Shown here: piece after piece, positions 1 through 11,488 of the stretch
How the letters are laid out: every line of letters begins with the position of its first letter
How positions within the stretch are numbered: the stretch's first letter is position 1
From: Wallemia ichthyophaga EXF-994
Lineage: Eukaryota > Fungi > Basidiomycota
Direction of reading: 5' to 3'
NCBI RefSeq assembly: GCF_000400465.1
Contig: NW_008806284.1
Coordinates: forward strand, 120,001 to 182,000
Length of the DNA stretch: 62,000 nt
Made by a program: the position numbers and the translations under genes
Notes under the pieces: generated by a model
Database searches by the model: none
What the model was told of the DNA's origin: nothing
Seen by the model: the letters and a program-made list of their open reading frames with translations, nothing else

Positions 1-584
1 AGGAGGAGAACGACGAGGATTTTGCGCCGCCTATGCCCGCTGAGCTGGACGACTCCATCAGCGAGTTACGCCAACGTACTGTACAGAACAGGCAGGTTGC
101 GGAGGACAGAAAGGAGAGGAAAGTGGGGAAAGACATGACACAGCTATCCAAACGCCCCTCTCTCAGACTGTGGGGTCTAACACTAGGCTTCACACTCGAT
201 TTCCTCAGCCACATACCAAGCAAGGCGAGTGAAGATACTCGTGGCGCGAAAAAAACACCGCAAAACGTCGAAACTACTCGACATCTAGCCACCGCTCACG
301 TCATCAAAGCACTCTTCCCGTCGTTCAACTCACCCGATATCAACCTGTGGATGTGGGTGTGCGGGAGAAGATACCGCTCCATCCGCCGCCAGTGGGAGCA
401 GGCGGCACGAAACCCAGGCAGTGCTGATAGGAGAAAGAATTGGAGTGGCACTATACGCGCTGCTCACTTTGCGACTATAAGAAGGGCGTTGATGTTCGCC
501 GTCGTCTTTCGTATCTTGGCTGCATTCACTACTCTCTCCATCCTCGGTAGGTATTTGCAAAAGGTTGTTGCGTGGTTTGTTTGA
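1..584 (+). CDS. 3' part of a protein of unknown function with a hydrophobic C-terminal segment (5'-truncated by window edge)
   Basis: Frame is open from nt 3 (EENDEDFAPPM...) to TGA at 584. The C-terminus FAVVFRILAAFTTLSILGRYLQKVVAWFV is hydrophobic. An intron at about 123-186 is possible but unresolved. Family not recognised. Confidence 0.5.
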   Translation, partial: EENDEDFAPPMPAELDDSISELRQRTVQNRQVAEDRKERKVGKDMTQLSKRPSLRLWGLTLGFTLDFLSHIPSKASEDTRGAKKTPQNVETTRHLATAHVIKALFPSFNSPDINLWMWVCGRRYRSIRRQWEQAARNPGSADRRKNWSGTIRAAHFATIRRALMFAVVFRILAAFTTLSILGRYLQKVVAWFV

Positions 585-769
585 GGGGGACTGAGAGGCG
601 TATCTGTTGATTTTCTTGTTTGCCCGCCCTTCTACACGCCCTTGCACACTGCCTTTGATTGGATTAATGGATTGCACTACACGACACAACACTATATCAC
701 ACCAAACCACACCACGTACGCTCGCACACCTGTGCGGTTGACACAGTAATAACGATAGATAGTAAAAGA

Positions 770-2152
770 TTATTGCATGTGCTCATGTGCGATTTGCATG
801 ATGGCCAGCTGAAGATCGAGGCCGAGGACATCGTCATCGTCGAACCCGTTGTGATACGCGATGTCATTGTAAGGATTATCCTGCTCGACTTGCGCGCCAT
901 CCTGATTCTGGAGGAGGCCATCAAATAGCTTCTGAAAGCAGTATGTGCCGGGAGTATTGAAGTGTGGGTAAGGGTTGGAAGGAACGAGGCGACCACCACA
1001 GAGGAAGCAGAAATGAGTGCCGCACCTACAACTCATGTGGTTACATCCGGAGCTCTTCTCCGTCCTGACAGCACAGTGGGGACAAGCCTGCGCGGTGTTT
1101 TCGATAGTCCTACGACTCGCCTCCGACTCGAGAAAGTCAGCGAGGAGGCGCTGAAGGTACTTTCTACCGTAGCGACTCTCCAGGGCGAGTTGATCGCGTG
1201 AGTTTGATTGTTCCAGCGCATGAGCGTAAGCGCGAACGTAATGGAGCGTCGTCGAGACGGGACAAGCTGCCACGGGCCCGTGGTATGTGCGGCGGCAGTA
1301 GCAGCAGAAAGCGAAGGAGCATTGAGGACAGACGCGCAATCGCTGTGCACCCTCATCACTCTCGCTGTCACCTACGAGTGCGTTCTCGGGTGGACGCGCA
1401 ACGGGTGTGTGGCAGAGGGGGCAGTACACGGTGCGCGGATCGTCTTCTGCAGCTTTCTTCTGACGTAGATACACCACGCGCTGGTGGACTCTCTCCCCAC
1501 TCACCTCTAGGATGGTTGCATCGGGTATGGGCAGTGTGCAGGTCGGCGAGGGACAGATGAGACTGTCTAGCGAGCCTTCGCGCACGTGCAGCTCGGTCAT
1601 GTCGCGTAGACACGCAGCGCACACCGCACACCCACACGGCATCTCTGCCCCGTGCACTCCCTTGCGCCGCCGCAAGCAGATGGGACAGTCGTAGCTGCTT
1701 TCTGCGAACACCGTGGCTGCGTGTGTCCGGTTGTACGCGCGTAGTGTGGCGGCGAGTGTCGCGAGCGCGTGTGTGTCTTGCACTTGTATTGAAGCGGGAG
1801 GGTATGCGTGCAGAACGTGCATTGTGCGTAGGAGCTCTCCTTCTCCTTCCTCGCTTTCTTCCCGTATTAGCCTCTCCAACTCCGCCTTGTTGCCAGCCGT
1901 GCCCGCCACTGCTTCGATATGGGAGAGCATCGGCGTCGGTGAGCTGCTGCCGTCCAGCGTAAATGTGACAGACGTCGGTGGCAGCTGGCCCACATTCAGC
2001 TTAACGCTCTGGTTATCAAGTCGCGTGCGCAAGGTGATTCCACTGTCTACACTGATGCTTGTGCGTAGACGAATATTCCCATTGTCCTTAGTTGCCGACC
2101 CTTCCCCGTAAATGGCATTGACAATTTCGATTTCTTCTGCAATGTCGAGCAT
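770..2152 (-). CDS. ITT1: RWD-RBR (RING1-IBR-RING2) E3 ubiquitin ligase, Itt1/RNF14-like
   Basis: N-terminal RWD-like start (EEIEIVNAIYG), RING1 CPICL...CGCAVCAAC, IBR CPLC...CPQCSFAFCCYCRRTYHG, and RING2 CPHC...KSSGCNHMSCRCGTHFCFLCG. Single exon. Confidence 0.9.
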   Translation of the reverse strand: MLDIAEEIEIVNAIYGEGSATKDNGNIRLRTSISVDSGITLRTRLDNQSVKLNVGQLPPTSVTFTLDGSSSPTPMLSHIEAVAGTAGNKAELERLIREESEEGEGELLRTMHVLHAYPPASIQVQDTHALATLAATLRAYNRTHAATVFAESSYDCPICLRRRKGVHGAEMPCGCAVCAACLRDMTELHVREGSLDSLICPSPTCTLPIPDATILEVSGERVHQRVVYLRQKKAAEDDPRTVYCPLCHTPVARPPENALVGDSESDEGAQRLRVCPQCSFAFCCYCRRTYHGPVAACPVSTTLHYVRAYAHALEQSNSRDQLALESRYGRKYLQRLLADFLESEASRRTIENTAQACPHCAVRTEKSSGCNHMSCRCGTHFCFLCGGRLVPSNPYPHFNTPGTYCFQKLFDGLLQNQDGAQVEQDNPYNDIAYHNGFDDDDVLGLDLQLAIMQIAHEHMQ

Positions 2153-2247
2153 CGAGGTATCAACCCATCAAGGAATATAACGGGTACAAATCCAATAAAT
2201 ATATCAAGTCTATAAGATACAAGTTACCTCAGTCTCAGTCTCACTCC

Positions 2248-4035
2248 TCACTCCTCACTTTTTCCCCCCTCGAAATGTTTGAAAGCGTTGCGAAAGTCGT
2301 TGGCGATATCCGTCTCTTGCTCATCGGGCAGGGTGCAATTACGCCAATCAGCGCGCTGCGGGATGTCGAGGAAGGAAGCTAGAGCGAGTCTAGCGAATTG
2401 CTGATTGAAGGGTGCAGGGCGAATGAGATGAACGAATTTTCCGCCATTAGGGAGATCAACTGGGAGTTTTATTGAGTTAGCTGTCTATTGTCTAACCCCT
2501 TCCCCACTCACCTCTCAAATACGATTGTCCATCTTCCAGCTCATCGAGCGCCTTTTGGGGATCACTCTCCCATTCCACGCCCTGTGCTACGCCTTCGTTG
2601 GTGAGATGCGCGCCGAGTGCGCTTATGATCTCGTTGGGGATTGGTACAGCTTGGATGTGTGCGTGCCCACCGCGCGACCAATACCGCCCCAGCTCGTAAG
2701 AAACGAGAGAAGAGTTGTATTTAGCGTAGCAGCGCGCGAGCGCATCGCGCCAGTCAAGCAACTCCGATTGAACACGCTGCGCTATATCCGCAGGCAGCGA
2801 GAAGAGATTAGGGTAGTGGGAGATGGGTATGATCAAAACATGCCCTCCGCCCGGCACAGCCGATGTGGCGGGGTCGATTAGCTGTCCTTTGGGAAGGGTG
2901 ATGTAGCACTCTTCTCCTATTGACACGATTAGGTGTTTCGTTACGCGGGGGTTGGAAAGACAGAACCAGCACTCGTCCTGTGATATTTCACCCTGGTGCC
3001 GCTTGTTCTTTTTGCCTCGTTTACTTGCCTCATCGTAGGCTGACGCTTGCTGGGCGAATATGTAGCTATTTCCACTCTCTTTCCCCTCCTCCTCGGCACT
3101 GCGTTTCTGGACTTGGGTAAGCGCAGGCAGGGGAGAGGACGTCGAGGCAGGTGGAACATCCTCCTTGCTGTGCCCACGTGGTGTGATGGAGAAGGCGTAG
3201 AAGGAGCGTTGTTTCTGCGTATTGCCGAACTGGCCGAGGGAAATAAAGCGTGTAGATAGGCCATTAGGAGAAACGAAAGGCTCCCTCTCCCAGAACACAC
3301 GCTGACCGCCGCTAAATACGTACTTGGGGGTGGAGTAGCTGACGGCGGAAGTGACGGCGCTGCTGCCCCAGGAGTGCGCAGGTGGGTGAGCAGCAAGATT
3401 GGGGAGTGGCTTGTTGGAGAGTAGGGTGATGCTGGATGGCCAGGAGTGTGTGAGGAGGATGTCTAAGTTGGCGTTGGAGAGAGACTTGGCGTGTGCTCGG
3501 GCAGCAGCTAAAGAGGAGCTATCGGAGGTGTTTCGACGGGGATCAAAGAATTCTGTAAAGCTGTTGAGGGTGGTTTGAGTAATGGCGGGGCTGTTGTTGT
3601 CGTGTTGATCACCTTCAACCAAAGTAGATGTATCGTGCACACCACCAAAGGCACCAATACGCAGACCAGAACGGGTGGTGAGTACAGACGATTTGGCCAA
3701 CATGAAAACACGCTGAGCAATAGCACCACCACCGTTGTCGAGTTTATCGAGTAAGGAAGCATGTGGGGGTTGACGCCCGAGAGTGTAGTAAACGTCGATG
3801 GGTGGGTTGAGTGAGCCATTAATCACAGCGTCAATCTCATCATCATTGGCAGATTCGAATAAATCACCAGCCACCAAGGTTAAATTGAAATTGTGTTTGC
3901 TGGTCAGTGCAGCTATCTTATCGAATAACGCGTGGATGGAAGTAGAAGGAGGACCAATCACAAGGCTGATCGGGAGTTATAAATTATCATTTAATATTTT
4001 TAGTTTACTCACACTTTCGTTGATTCTACGCTCAT
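2248..4035 (-). CDS. CWF19L1: CWF19-like protein 1 (Drn1/CWF19L1; pseudo-metallophosphatase plus CwfJ domains), spliceosome-associated
   Basis: LVAGDLF, DILLTHSWP and YVFSGGQRVFWEREPF motifs, then CwfJ CWFCLSNP...HLIVSIG...GGGHVLIIPISH. ATG at 4035 (MSVESTKV) with an intron at about 3968-4012. A 3' intron leads to a last exon ending ...NAFKHFEGGKSEE* at 2248. Confidence 0.88.
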
Positions 4036-4053
4036 CACCGTACACCACCAAGA

Positions 4054-4692
4054 ATGACATCGGCAATTTTATTCGGATCTACGGGGGCAGTCGGGAAGCA
4101 CCTTAAGGCGTGTTTGTTGAATAGCGCGGACATCAGCCACGTAACTGAAGCAGCTAGATCCGTGGATAACACCACCAACGGCAAACTCACCCAAATCAAA
4201 CTAGACGCAAACACCAAATTACACCCCCAATACGATCTAGTATTCATTACTCTAGGCACAACAGCTAAAAACGCTGGTAGTTCAGAGAAGTTTGAAGAAA
4301 TAGATAGGCATTTGGTCGTAAACCTAGCCAAGCAGGTTTCTAAAGATAGCGCGCACGTAATTTACTGCTCATCTGCTAATGCTAATCCAAATTCGACCTT
4401 CTTATATCCACGTTCTAAGGGATTGACAGAGATGTCGTTGAGTGAACTCGGGTATAGCTCGACAACCATTTTCAGGCCTGGGTTTTTGAAGCACGCCAAG
4501 AGATCAGATAGTAGACCTGCTGAGAGCTTCTTTGGGTATCTCACTGGTTTCCTCGGTTACTTTACATCTGCTGTAGAGATACCTGTACAGAAGCTTGGTG
4601 AAAGCATGGTGTTAGCTGGATTAAAGCAGCTTAAAGAGAAATCTAACAAGACCATATTCGTATCCAACAAAGAAGCCCTGAACCTCAATTGA
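4054..4692 (+). CDS. FMP52: NAD(P)-binding Rossmann protein, Fmp52/TIP30 (HTATIP2) family
   Basis: GSTGAVGK nucleotide-binding loop, VFITLGTT, FLYPRSKGLTE and IFRPGFL motifs. Confidence 0.88.
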   Translation: MTSAILFGSTGAVGKHLKACLLNSADISHVTEAARSVDNTTNGKLTQIKLDANTKLHPQYDLVFITLGTTAKNAGSSEKFEEIDRHLVVNLAKQVSKDSAHVIYCSSANANPNSTFLYPRSKGLTEMSLSELGYSSTTIFRPGFLKHAKRSDSRPAESFFGYLTGFLGYFTSAVEIPVQKLGESMVLAGLKQLKEKSNKTIFVSNKEALNLN

Positions 4693-4726
4693 TTGTACTC
4701 ATGTCATCATCATTTACACTTAATTC

Positions 4727-4918
4727 ATGTCCAATCCATCCATATTCAAGCCAACGTCTATCTTCTCCTTAATCCTCCGATGCTATTATAAAAACACCAC
4801 TGACCTCCCAACCACGATTCAGCCTAACTTCCAGTACGTCAAGAATGACTTAAGCAGCATACAAACTATGGATACACAAGACGAACACAGCTACAAGCAT
4901 CTCTTTTCATCTTTTTAA
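4727..4918 (+). pseudogene. Truncated duplicate of the 5252-5671 ORF
   Basis: MSNPSIFKPT...TDLPTTIQPNFQYVKND..SIQTMDT closely matches the 5252 ORF, but the frame ends after 63 codons and contains a compensated frameshift. Confidence 0.7.
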
Positions 4919-5009
4919 AGGCCTATATTCATTTCGTTTCTGGAGTTACACTACCAGGTAAAAATCCCTATCTAGTGACCAGCGGGTTAACCTCACCGGT
5001 CGGATGCTT

Positions 5010-5210
5010 TGATTGCAGAGCTTCCAAGACCTCTGTGGTGAGCTTGGCACACCCAAAGATCCACCAAGAACGTTTGACGCCGATCCTGGCCTTCCTTGCT
5101 CCACATATCCTTCTGGTGAGATTATGTTTCTGGCTTGATCAAAGCAGCTTTAAGAGAATTCAAACAAGACTACATTCATGTCCAACAAACATATCCTGAA
5201 TCTTGGGTGA
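5010..5210 (+). pseudogene. Decayed duplicate of the FMP52 3' end
   Basis: 5112-5210 translates SGEIMFLA*SKQL*ENSNKTTFMSNKHILNLG*, gap-free against FMP52 LGESMVLAGLKQLKEKSNKTIFVSNKEALNLN*, with two premature stops. Similarity further 5' is weaker. Confidence 0.8.
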
Positions 5211-5251
5211 TATTTATTTATACCCATACCATCACCATTTGCACTCAATTC

Positions 5252-5671
5252 ATGTCCAATCCATCCATCTTCAAGCCAACGCCTGGCTTTCTCCTAAATC
5301 CTCCATCCCTATCAAAGAACATTACTGACCTCCCAACCATGATCCAACCCAACATCCAGTACATCAAGAATGACACAAGCAGCATACAAACTATGGATAC
5401 ACGCGACGATAACGGCTACATGTACCTCTTCGACGACAAAGCTGAGCTCAACGATTACGAGCACAATGAATCACACAAACTAATTCTTCATAAAATTTTC
5501 CCAAATAAACTCAAACCAAAGAAAGTTCAGGGCTATCAAATCAAAGAGAGCAATATGAAACTCTATCACACTCTCACCTCCATATACCCAATCGTTGATG
5601 AGGATATCAACTACACTCCCGACTCTGCACTTCAAGGCTATGACCATATGGAAAAAACACTGTGTCTGTAA
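5252..5671 (+). CDS. Orphan 139-aa protein of unknown function
   Basis: ATG at 5252 to TAA at 5671. A diverged duplicate exists at 4727. No family recognised. Confidence 0.5.
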   Translation: MSNPSIFKPTPGFLLNPPSLSKNITDLPTMIQPNIQYIKNDTSSIQTMDTRDDNGYMYLFDDKAELNDYEHNESHKLILHKIFPNKLKPKKVQGYQIKESNMKLYHTLTSIYPIVDEDINYTPDSALQGYDHMEKTLCL

Positions 5672-5696
5672 TATTATACATGTATTCAAATCTACC

Positions 5697-6581
5697 TCAC
5701 TTCCTTCTCCTCTTCTTACGAATTTCCATCATATCAGTATCAACATCCACCTCCTTCGCTGCGGTGAGTCCTGCATTTATACTCCTCCCAAGTCCCAGAA
5801 ATGGTCCCGTCATCCCTGCTGGTCCTGCCGGCATTTTCTTCTTTTTACCGTTCAAAACGCTGCTGATGGATGACGTGCCTAGAATATCCTCAAACGGCAC
5901 ACCTAAATAGCTACTGGGGGGAGCATTCAATTCGCTCTCCATTGTATTTCCATTCCCGTTAACGTTTCCACTACCACTAGTACTTCCATCTGCTTGCGTC
6001 GGTGTGCCACCTTGACTTGTGCTTGCATGACCTGATTTTCTATTGCGACTTGTGCGCGTAGATCTCGAGAAAGTGGAAGGATCAAGGAGGGAATCAGAGC
6101 CAACATCAGCGTCCTTCTCCTCCTTAAGTTTCCTCCTCTTTTCTTCAATAGCCTCGCTCAGCCTAGTTTTGATAGAGCGCTGTACGACGTCGTATTCCTC
6201 CTGTACGCGTGCCCGCTCTATCTCATACAGGGAGCGAGCCGAGTCCATTGCGTATCCGTGAGCGTGCTTCACTGCCGAAAGCTGCGCGTCACGCTCTAGA
6301 CTGAGTTCGTACAATCGGAGTGTCTGTTCGCGGCATATCATCGGTGCTCCTGTGCTGGGTGCACGTGTTGCATCGTATGCTGTCGTCGGCGTCGTTGATA
6401 GGAGGTGGTTGTGCACGTCGAGCAATCTGTTGTGTGTTTCGAGGAATATCAGGTCACGCTTCTCGTAAGTCTCCCCCGTTTGTCGGCTTAGTTTCTCCAC
6501 TAAATCCCGCCGCTTCTTATCCCGCTTCGTCTCCGGCGCTTCACTCGTCCAGCCCAGCTCGTTTCCAACTTCAGACGACAT
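5697..6581 (-). CDS. SDS3: Sds3-like subunit of the Rpd3L/Sin3 histone deacetylase complex
   Basis: Coiled-coil pattern RDKKRRDLVEKL...ERDAQL...EIERARVQEEY...RLSEAIEEKRRKLKEEKD and a basic C-terminus EIRKKRRRK. Single exon. Confidence 0.7.
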   Translation of the reverse strand: MSSEVGNELGWTSEAPETKRDKKRRDLVEKLSRQTGETYEKRDLIFLETHNRLLDVHNHLLSTTPTTAYDATRAPSTGAPMICREQTLRLYELSLERDAQLSAVKHAHGYAMDSARSLYEIERARVQEEYDVVQRSIKTRLSEAIEEKRRKLKEEKDADVGSDSLLDPSTFSRSTRTSRNRKSGHASTSQGGTPTQADGSTSGSGNVNGNGNTMESELNAPPSSYLGVPFEDILGTSSISSVLNGKKKKMPAGPAGMTGPFLGLGRSINAGLTAAKEVDVDTDMMEIRKKRRRK

Positions 6582-6691
6582 TGTGGTGTGTGTTGAAGGT
6601 GTGGGTGGGGAATTAAATTAATTTGATTTTCCATTTAAATTTAATCAATTATATCCATATTTACATTTCTTCTCCTTGCTTACACTCGTTC

Positions 6692-9600
6692 ATGGTCAAA
6701 CGCACTCAAATGGCAAGCATCGCATAGTTTTGGGAGATGGCTCACCTGACTCCCCCTATAGGATTCCAGCGATGGTGGCAGCGAAAGCGCCAGCGATTTC
6801 GACTATGAGGCGATGAACGCTATAGCTGAGGACAGCTATAAAGAGCCAAACGAATTCGAGGACAGCGACAGCGACAAGGATAATATGAATGTCGACAGTG
6901 AAGACGCTCAAACTCTCAAGTCAAACGGTGGTGCATTCAGAGCACCAACTAAAGACGAAGTTCAATCACTCAAAGAGACAGGAGAACTATTCAAATCAAA
7001 TCTATTCAGGCTTCAGGTGGGTCAGTGGTTTTTACGGTCGATGCGCTAAATAAGCAACCCAGATTGAATCCCTTCTCGAGGAGATACAACAGCCGTCTTC
7101 TCAGGCTGAAAGTCTGACACACGCACTACACGCTATCAGGAACCTCATAATAGATCTTAAACCCATTCCTAAATCACAGGATGGCAAATTATCAACCAAA
7201 GAAGCCAACAGCTATCTCAAAAAGCATCACCTCAGCTTGCCTCTATCCAGGGAAATCCCGCTAGACGTCAATTGGGGAGTCGGATTCGATAAACCTCACA
7301 CTGTTCAAGTTGGTGGTGCATGGCCACTTAAAACCGGCGTCAAAAGGCGGTCGAGCAAGAAGAAAGCTTGGCAAGTCACTCTCGCTGTATTCCTCCCTTC
7401 CCACCTCATCCAAGAGAAGGATCATATGAATGACAGGTGGCTCTTCAAACAAGCCTTCTACGTTACCATATTGGCTGAAGTCTTGGCAAACAGTAAGCTG
7501 GAGGTGGATGTACAAGTGACGCATGAGAATGGTTTGGAATTAGAACCGGTAATCAACATAACCGGTAAGAAGGGCAGCAAATTTATTCCCAGCAATGCAA
7601 CAATCACTATTGTCCCTGCATTAGGTCATCCTTGTCCATTCAAACCCCTCAGCAAAATATCACCTGCTAAGATTGGTTCGAAATTGAGCAATGCATTTAT
7701 CAAGCCATCATTACTAACAACTCACCTGTCGTACTTGTACAATATCGCAGAAACAGTCCCTGCTTTCAGAGACGCTGTCAAATTACTCAAAATTTGGTCA
7801 AACCAGAGAGCCCTTGAGTGGTTCTTGGAGGGTTTTAATGCTGAGTTTTTGGTTGCGCTGCTTGTTGAAGGTGATCAACATGGCAGCAAACGTGTTGGAA
7901 AAGGACTCAGCTCGTATCAGCTTTTCAAAGCAGTGATGGATCTTATAGCCCAGACTGATTTTAGTAATGTCTTCATCAAGAGTACTTCTGCCAGTGGGTT
8001 TTCACAGGAGGATTTTGTGGGTAGCTCTACTTTACTTTTCGTCGATCCTACACGCACATTTAATTTCATGGACGGTCTCTTGCCTGAGGATGTCCAAGTG
8101 ATGGCCTTCGAAGCTAAGATGACACTTGACGCACTCAGCGACGAAAGTGATAGATTTGAAGAGACATTTATGCGTGACTTGCGCAACCCCATGCCCAGAT
8201 TCGATCTGTTAGGCAAGACGACATTGCCATTGAAACTGATGAAGAAGATGAAGAAGGGTGTGAATGTAAGACAGTCCATCGCATCAATTCTCACACAGGC
8301 ACTTGGTAATCGGGTAAAAGTGATCAATTTACAAATCCACAATGACAACATAGTCATAGGGTTGATACTTGAATCTGAAATGGCTGGTAGGATGGTCGAC
8401 CATGGGCCGCCCGCCGAAGATAAAGAGGGATGTGAGCAATTCAGAGCATTCTGGGGGGAGGTGTCAGACATGAGGCGATTCAAGGATGGAAAGATAAACG
8501 AGAGTGTAGTATGGACGCAGGGAGGATCGAAAGAACACATTCCAATCCAAATTGTGAAATGGATTCTCGGACGTCATTTCCACATGGAAGGATTCACATT
8601 CATAGCTGAAGAATTCGACGGATTGCTAGACGCCGGTGCGGTAGATGGAGTTACGACATTCAACGATTTTGACACACCCCTGCAATCCTACGATGACTTC
8701 CAGAGGATGTTGCGCGACATGACCAGTCTGCCACTGGAAGTAATGAACGTTTCCCCATCTACACCCCTCCTACGCCACACATCACCATATCCACAACCCA
8801 CGCGCGATATGAACAGATTCGGTCTCACGCCTACTTCTGCGCGATACATTCCGGCAGCCGAGATGAATGTGCAGTTCGAAAGCAGTGGTAAGTGGCCAGA
8901 CGACTTGGGGGCAATCCAAGTGACGAAAGCCGCGTTCCTCGAAGCATTAGGTGAAGAGCTACAAAAAGGGGGTGAGTACACAGCGCAAGTAGTCATCGAT
9001 CACCCCCTTCCTTGCGACATAGAAGATGCGGTTTCACTAGAAGTCGTCAACGACCGAGGCTATGCATGGAAGCTACGCATCCAGCACGACAGAGAGCTGA
9101 CGCTGCTCGAGAGGAAGCTCAACGACAAGAGCGGTACGACAGACACTCAAAGACAGCATTTGAAGGGTGTGCGCGAGAGGTACATGCAGAAATTTTCCCA
9201 TAAACCCCGCCACCACCAGGCCGTGATGGCTCTCACGCACAGGTTTAAAGCCTACGCTAAGACGGTGAGGCTCGTGTCACGCTGGGTGGATGCCCATCTC
9301 CTTTCCCCTCACGTGACCCACGAGTTCGTCGAGCTAGTTGTGGCTAGTGTGTTCCTCAACAGTGGCACATACGCACCACCAGCGACAGCAGCACTCGGTT
9401 TCCTCCGCTCTGTTATGCTACTTGCAGAGTGGCAATTCAAACAAGAGCCCTTGCTCGTGCCTCTTTACACAGCGTCGCAGATGCAAGAGGAGCACGTAGA
9501 CAAGAAAGTAGTTTTCCCTGCTCGAGAACGAAGTGGAGCGGAGAAGGCGTTTGAAATACTGCGCAGAACGGATCCAGACGTCACTACGACTGCCATGTTC

Positions 9601-10237
9601 GTAGCTACAGAGCGCGATTCTTCAGGCGGAAACTTCACACATCGCAAACCAACCACCGTCGTCGCTGGCCGTTTGCAGGCTGTCGCAAAGGCTGCAATGG
9701 ATGCACTGGTGCATAAAGATGGACTGGAAGTTATGGTGCGTTAGCGTGTACTGCCGTCTTCCCTGCTAACGGTTTCGCTATAGCATCTGTTCAAATCTCC
9801 CACTCATATCTACGATTTCGTCGTCTACCTCAAACCGATTGCTAACACCCGTCTTTATCAGTCGCTCCTCGATGATAGATATAAGGCTGGGGATGTCGAT
9901 ATTTCGAATGAACCGCTCGTCGGTTTTGACCCGACTGCCTTACTCGTCGAACATCTTGAACGCGTTTATGGAGATGTACTTCTCTTTTTCCATGATAAGT
10001 GCGGTGGTTGTATAGTGGGTGCACTGTGGAATCCTACATACAACGCACCTCGCAAGTGGAAAGTTGGACTGCATTATCCAGTCAAGCCGACCGATGTGAG
10101 TGATTTTTAATCATTTCTCACCCAACTAACCACCTTTGTAGCAGGGCAAAGATGAAGTAGTCATCGACAAGCAGGCTATTATTGCAGAGATAGCTGCACT
10201 TGGTTATGACATGATGGATAGCATCGGACACGCATAA
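6692..10237 (+). CDS. UTP22: U3 snoRNP / nucleolar protein Utp22 (Nrap/NOL6)
   Basis: Motifs FKSNLFRLQ, DAVKLLKIWSNQR, FRAFWGEVSDMRRFKDGKINESVVW and FESSGKWPDDLGAIQ. Five exons: ATG 6692, first intron GC-AG at 6713-6761, stop TAA 10235-10237. Confidence 0.92.
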
Positions 10238-10276
10238 TTTATTAGAATTAGTTTTAAAATCATGCATTCTCAACGG

Positions 10277-11488
10277 TTAAATATTACTGTAGTCAATTGG
10301 CGTTTCGTGTTTCTTGTTGTCTTGTAATTTACGCGCAGCCTTAGCAAAGTCGTCTTGTCTTACGAAGTCTCTCTCATCACGAATAGCAACCATACCAGCT
10401 TCTGTGCAGACATTACGCAAATCGGCACCATTAAAGTTCTCACAGAGTTTAGCAACCGATTCAAAGTCGATTTCACCCTCTTTATTTATATCCTTAGCGT
10501 GAATTTTGAGAATTTCAGTTCTTCCAGTTGCATTTGCGAGAGGGATAAAGATCTTTCTATCCAAACGACCAGGACGCATAAGAGCAGGATCGAGAGTATC
10601 AGGTCTGTTTGTAGCCATGATAACTTTAGTTTTACCAAGATTATCGAAACCGTCTAGCTGGTTGAGTAGCTCCATTAAAGTTCTCTGTATTTCACGATCA
10701 GCGGATGTACCTTCACTAAACCTACGGCCACCGATAGCGTCAATTTCGTCCATGAAGATGATGCAAGGCTCGTGCTCCTTGGCGTAACCGAACATTTCCC
10801 TAATGACTCTGGCTGATTCACCGATGAACTTGTCAACGATGGCAGATGAGACGACTTTGAGGAAGTTGGTTTGGAGGGTAGCAGCACATGCGCGTGCGAT
10901 TAGAGTTTTACCTGTACCAGGAGGACCGTATAAGAGGACACCTTTAGGGGGATTGATGCCAACTCTAGAGAAGAGTTCAGGGTTGTTTAGGGGTAACTCG
11001 ATGACTTCTCTGAGTTCTCTGATTTGATCAGTTAAACCACCAATACCCGCGAAAGAAGCTTCACCAGGGTTTTCCATGGACATGTTATACACCATTGGAT
11101 CAACTTCACGTGGGAGTATTCTCATGATGGTGAGTGTGGTCATGTCGAGGGAAACTCTAACACCTTGTATGAGTTTTGATTGGTTGATTGTCGGTCTAGC
11201 GTGTACAACGTATCTAGGACCGGAAGAAGCTTTAACGATGAATCTCTCGCTGTCGAGTTGCTTAAGCACTTCACCAATAATCTGACCAACAGATTGCAAC
11301 GATTTCATGTCTTCCTCTGTTTGATTGAAAGAGCCATCCATGTCTTTGATATTCCTGCGTATATTCCTCAGCCTCTCACTCAATTGCTCATGTTCTGTGA
11401 TCTTTGAGCGATATTCCCTAAGTGCATCTGCGCTGTGTGTAAGATATTTACTCTATAAAAAATCAATAAACCAACCTTCCTGTGACAT
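10277..11488 (-). CDS. RPT4: 26S proteasome AAA-ATPase subunit Rpt4 (PSMC6/Sug2)
   Basis: [23 protein letters not shown], Walker A GPPGTGKT, Walker [13 protein letters not shown] and [16 protein letters not shown]. Short first exon MSQE with ATG at 11488 and one intron. Confidence 0.96.

Noticed and set aside
5135-5251. N-terminal extension of the orphan ORF in the ORF track
   Set aside because: It starts at TTG and is an off-frame reading of the duplicated FMP52 tail. ATG 5252 matches the duplicate's ATG at 4727.
7917-8540. 207-aa minus-strand ORF
   Set aside because: Antisense to UTP22 with a non-ATG start and no domain features.
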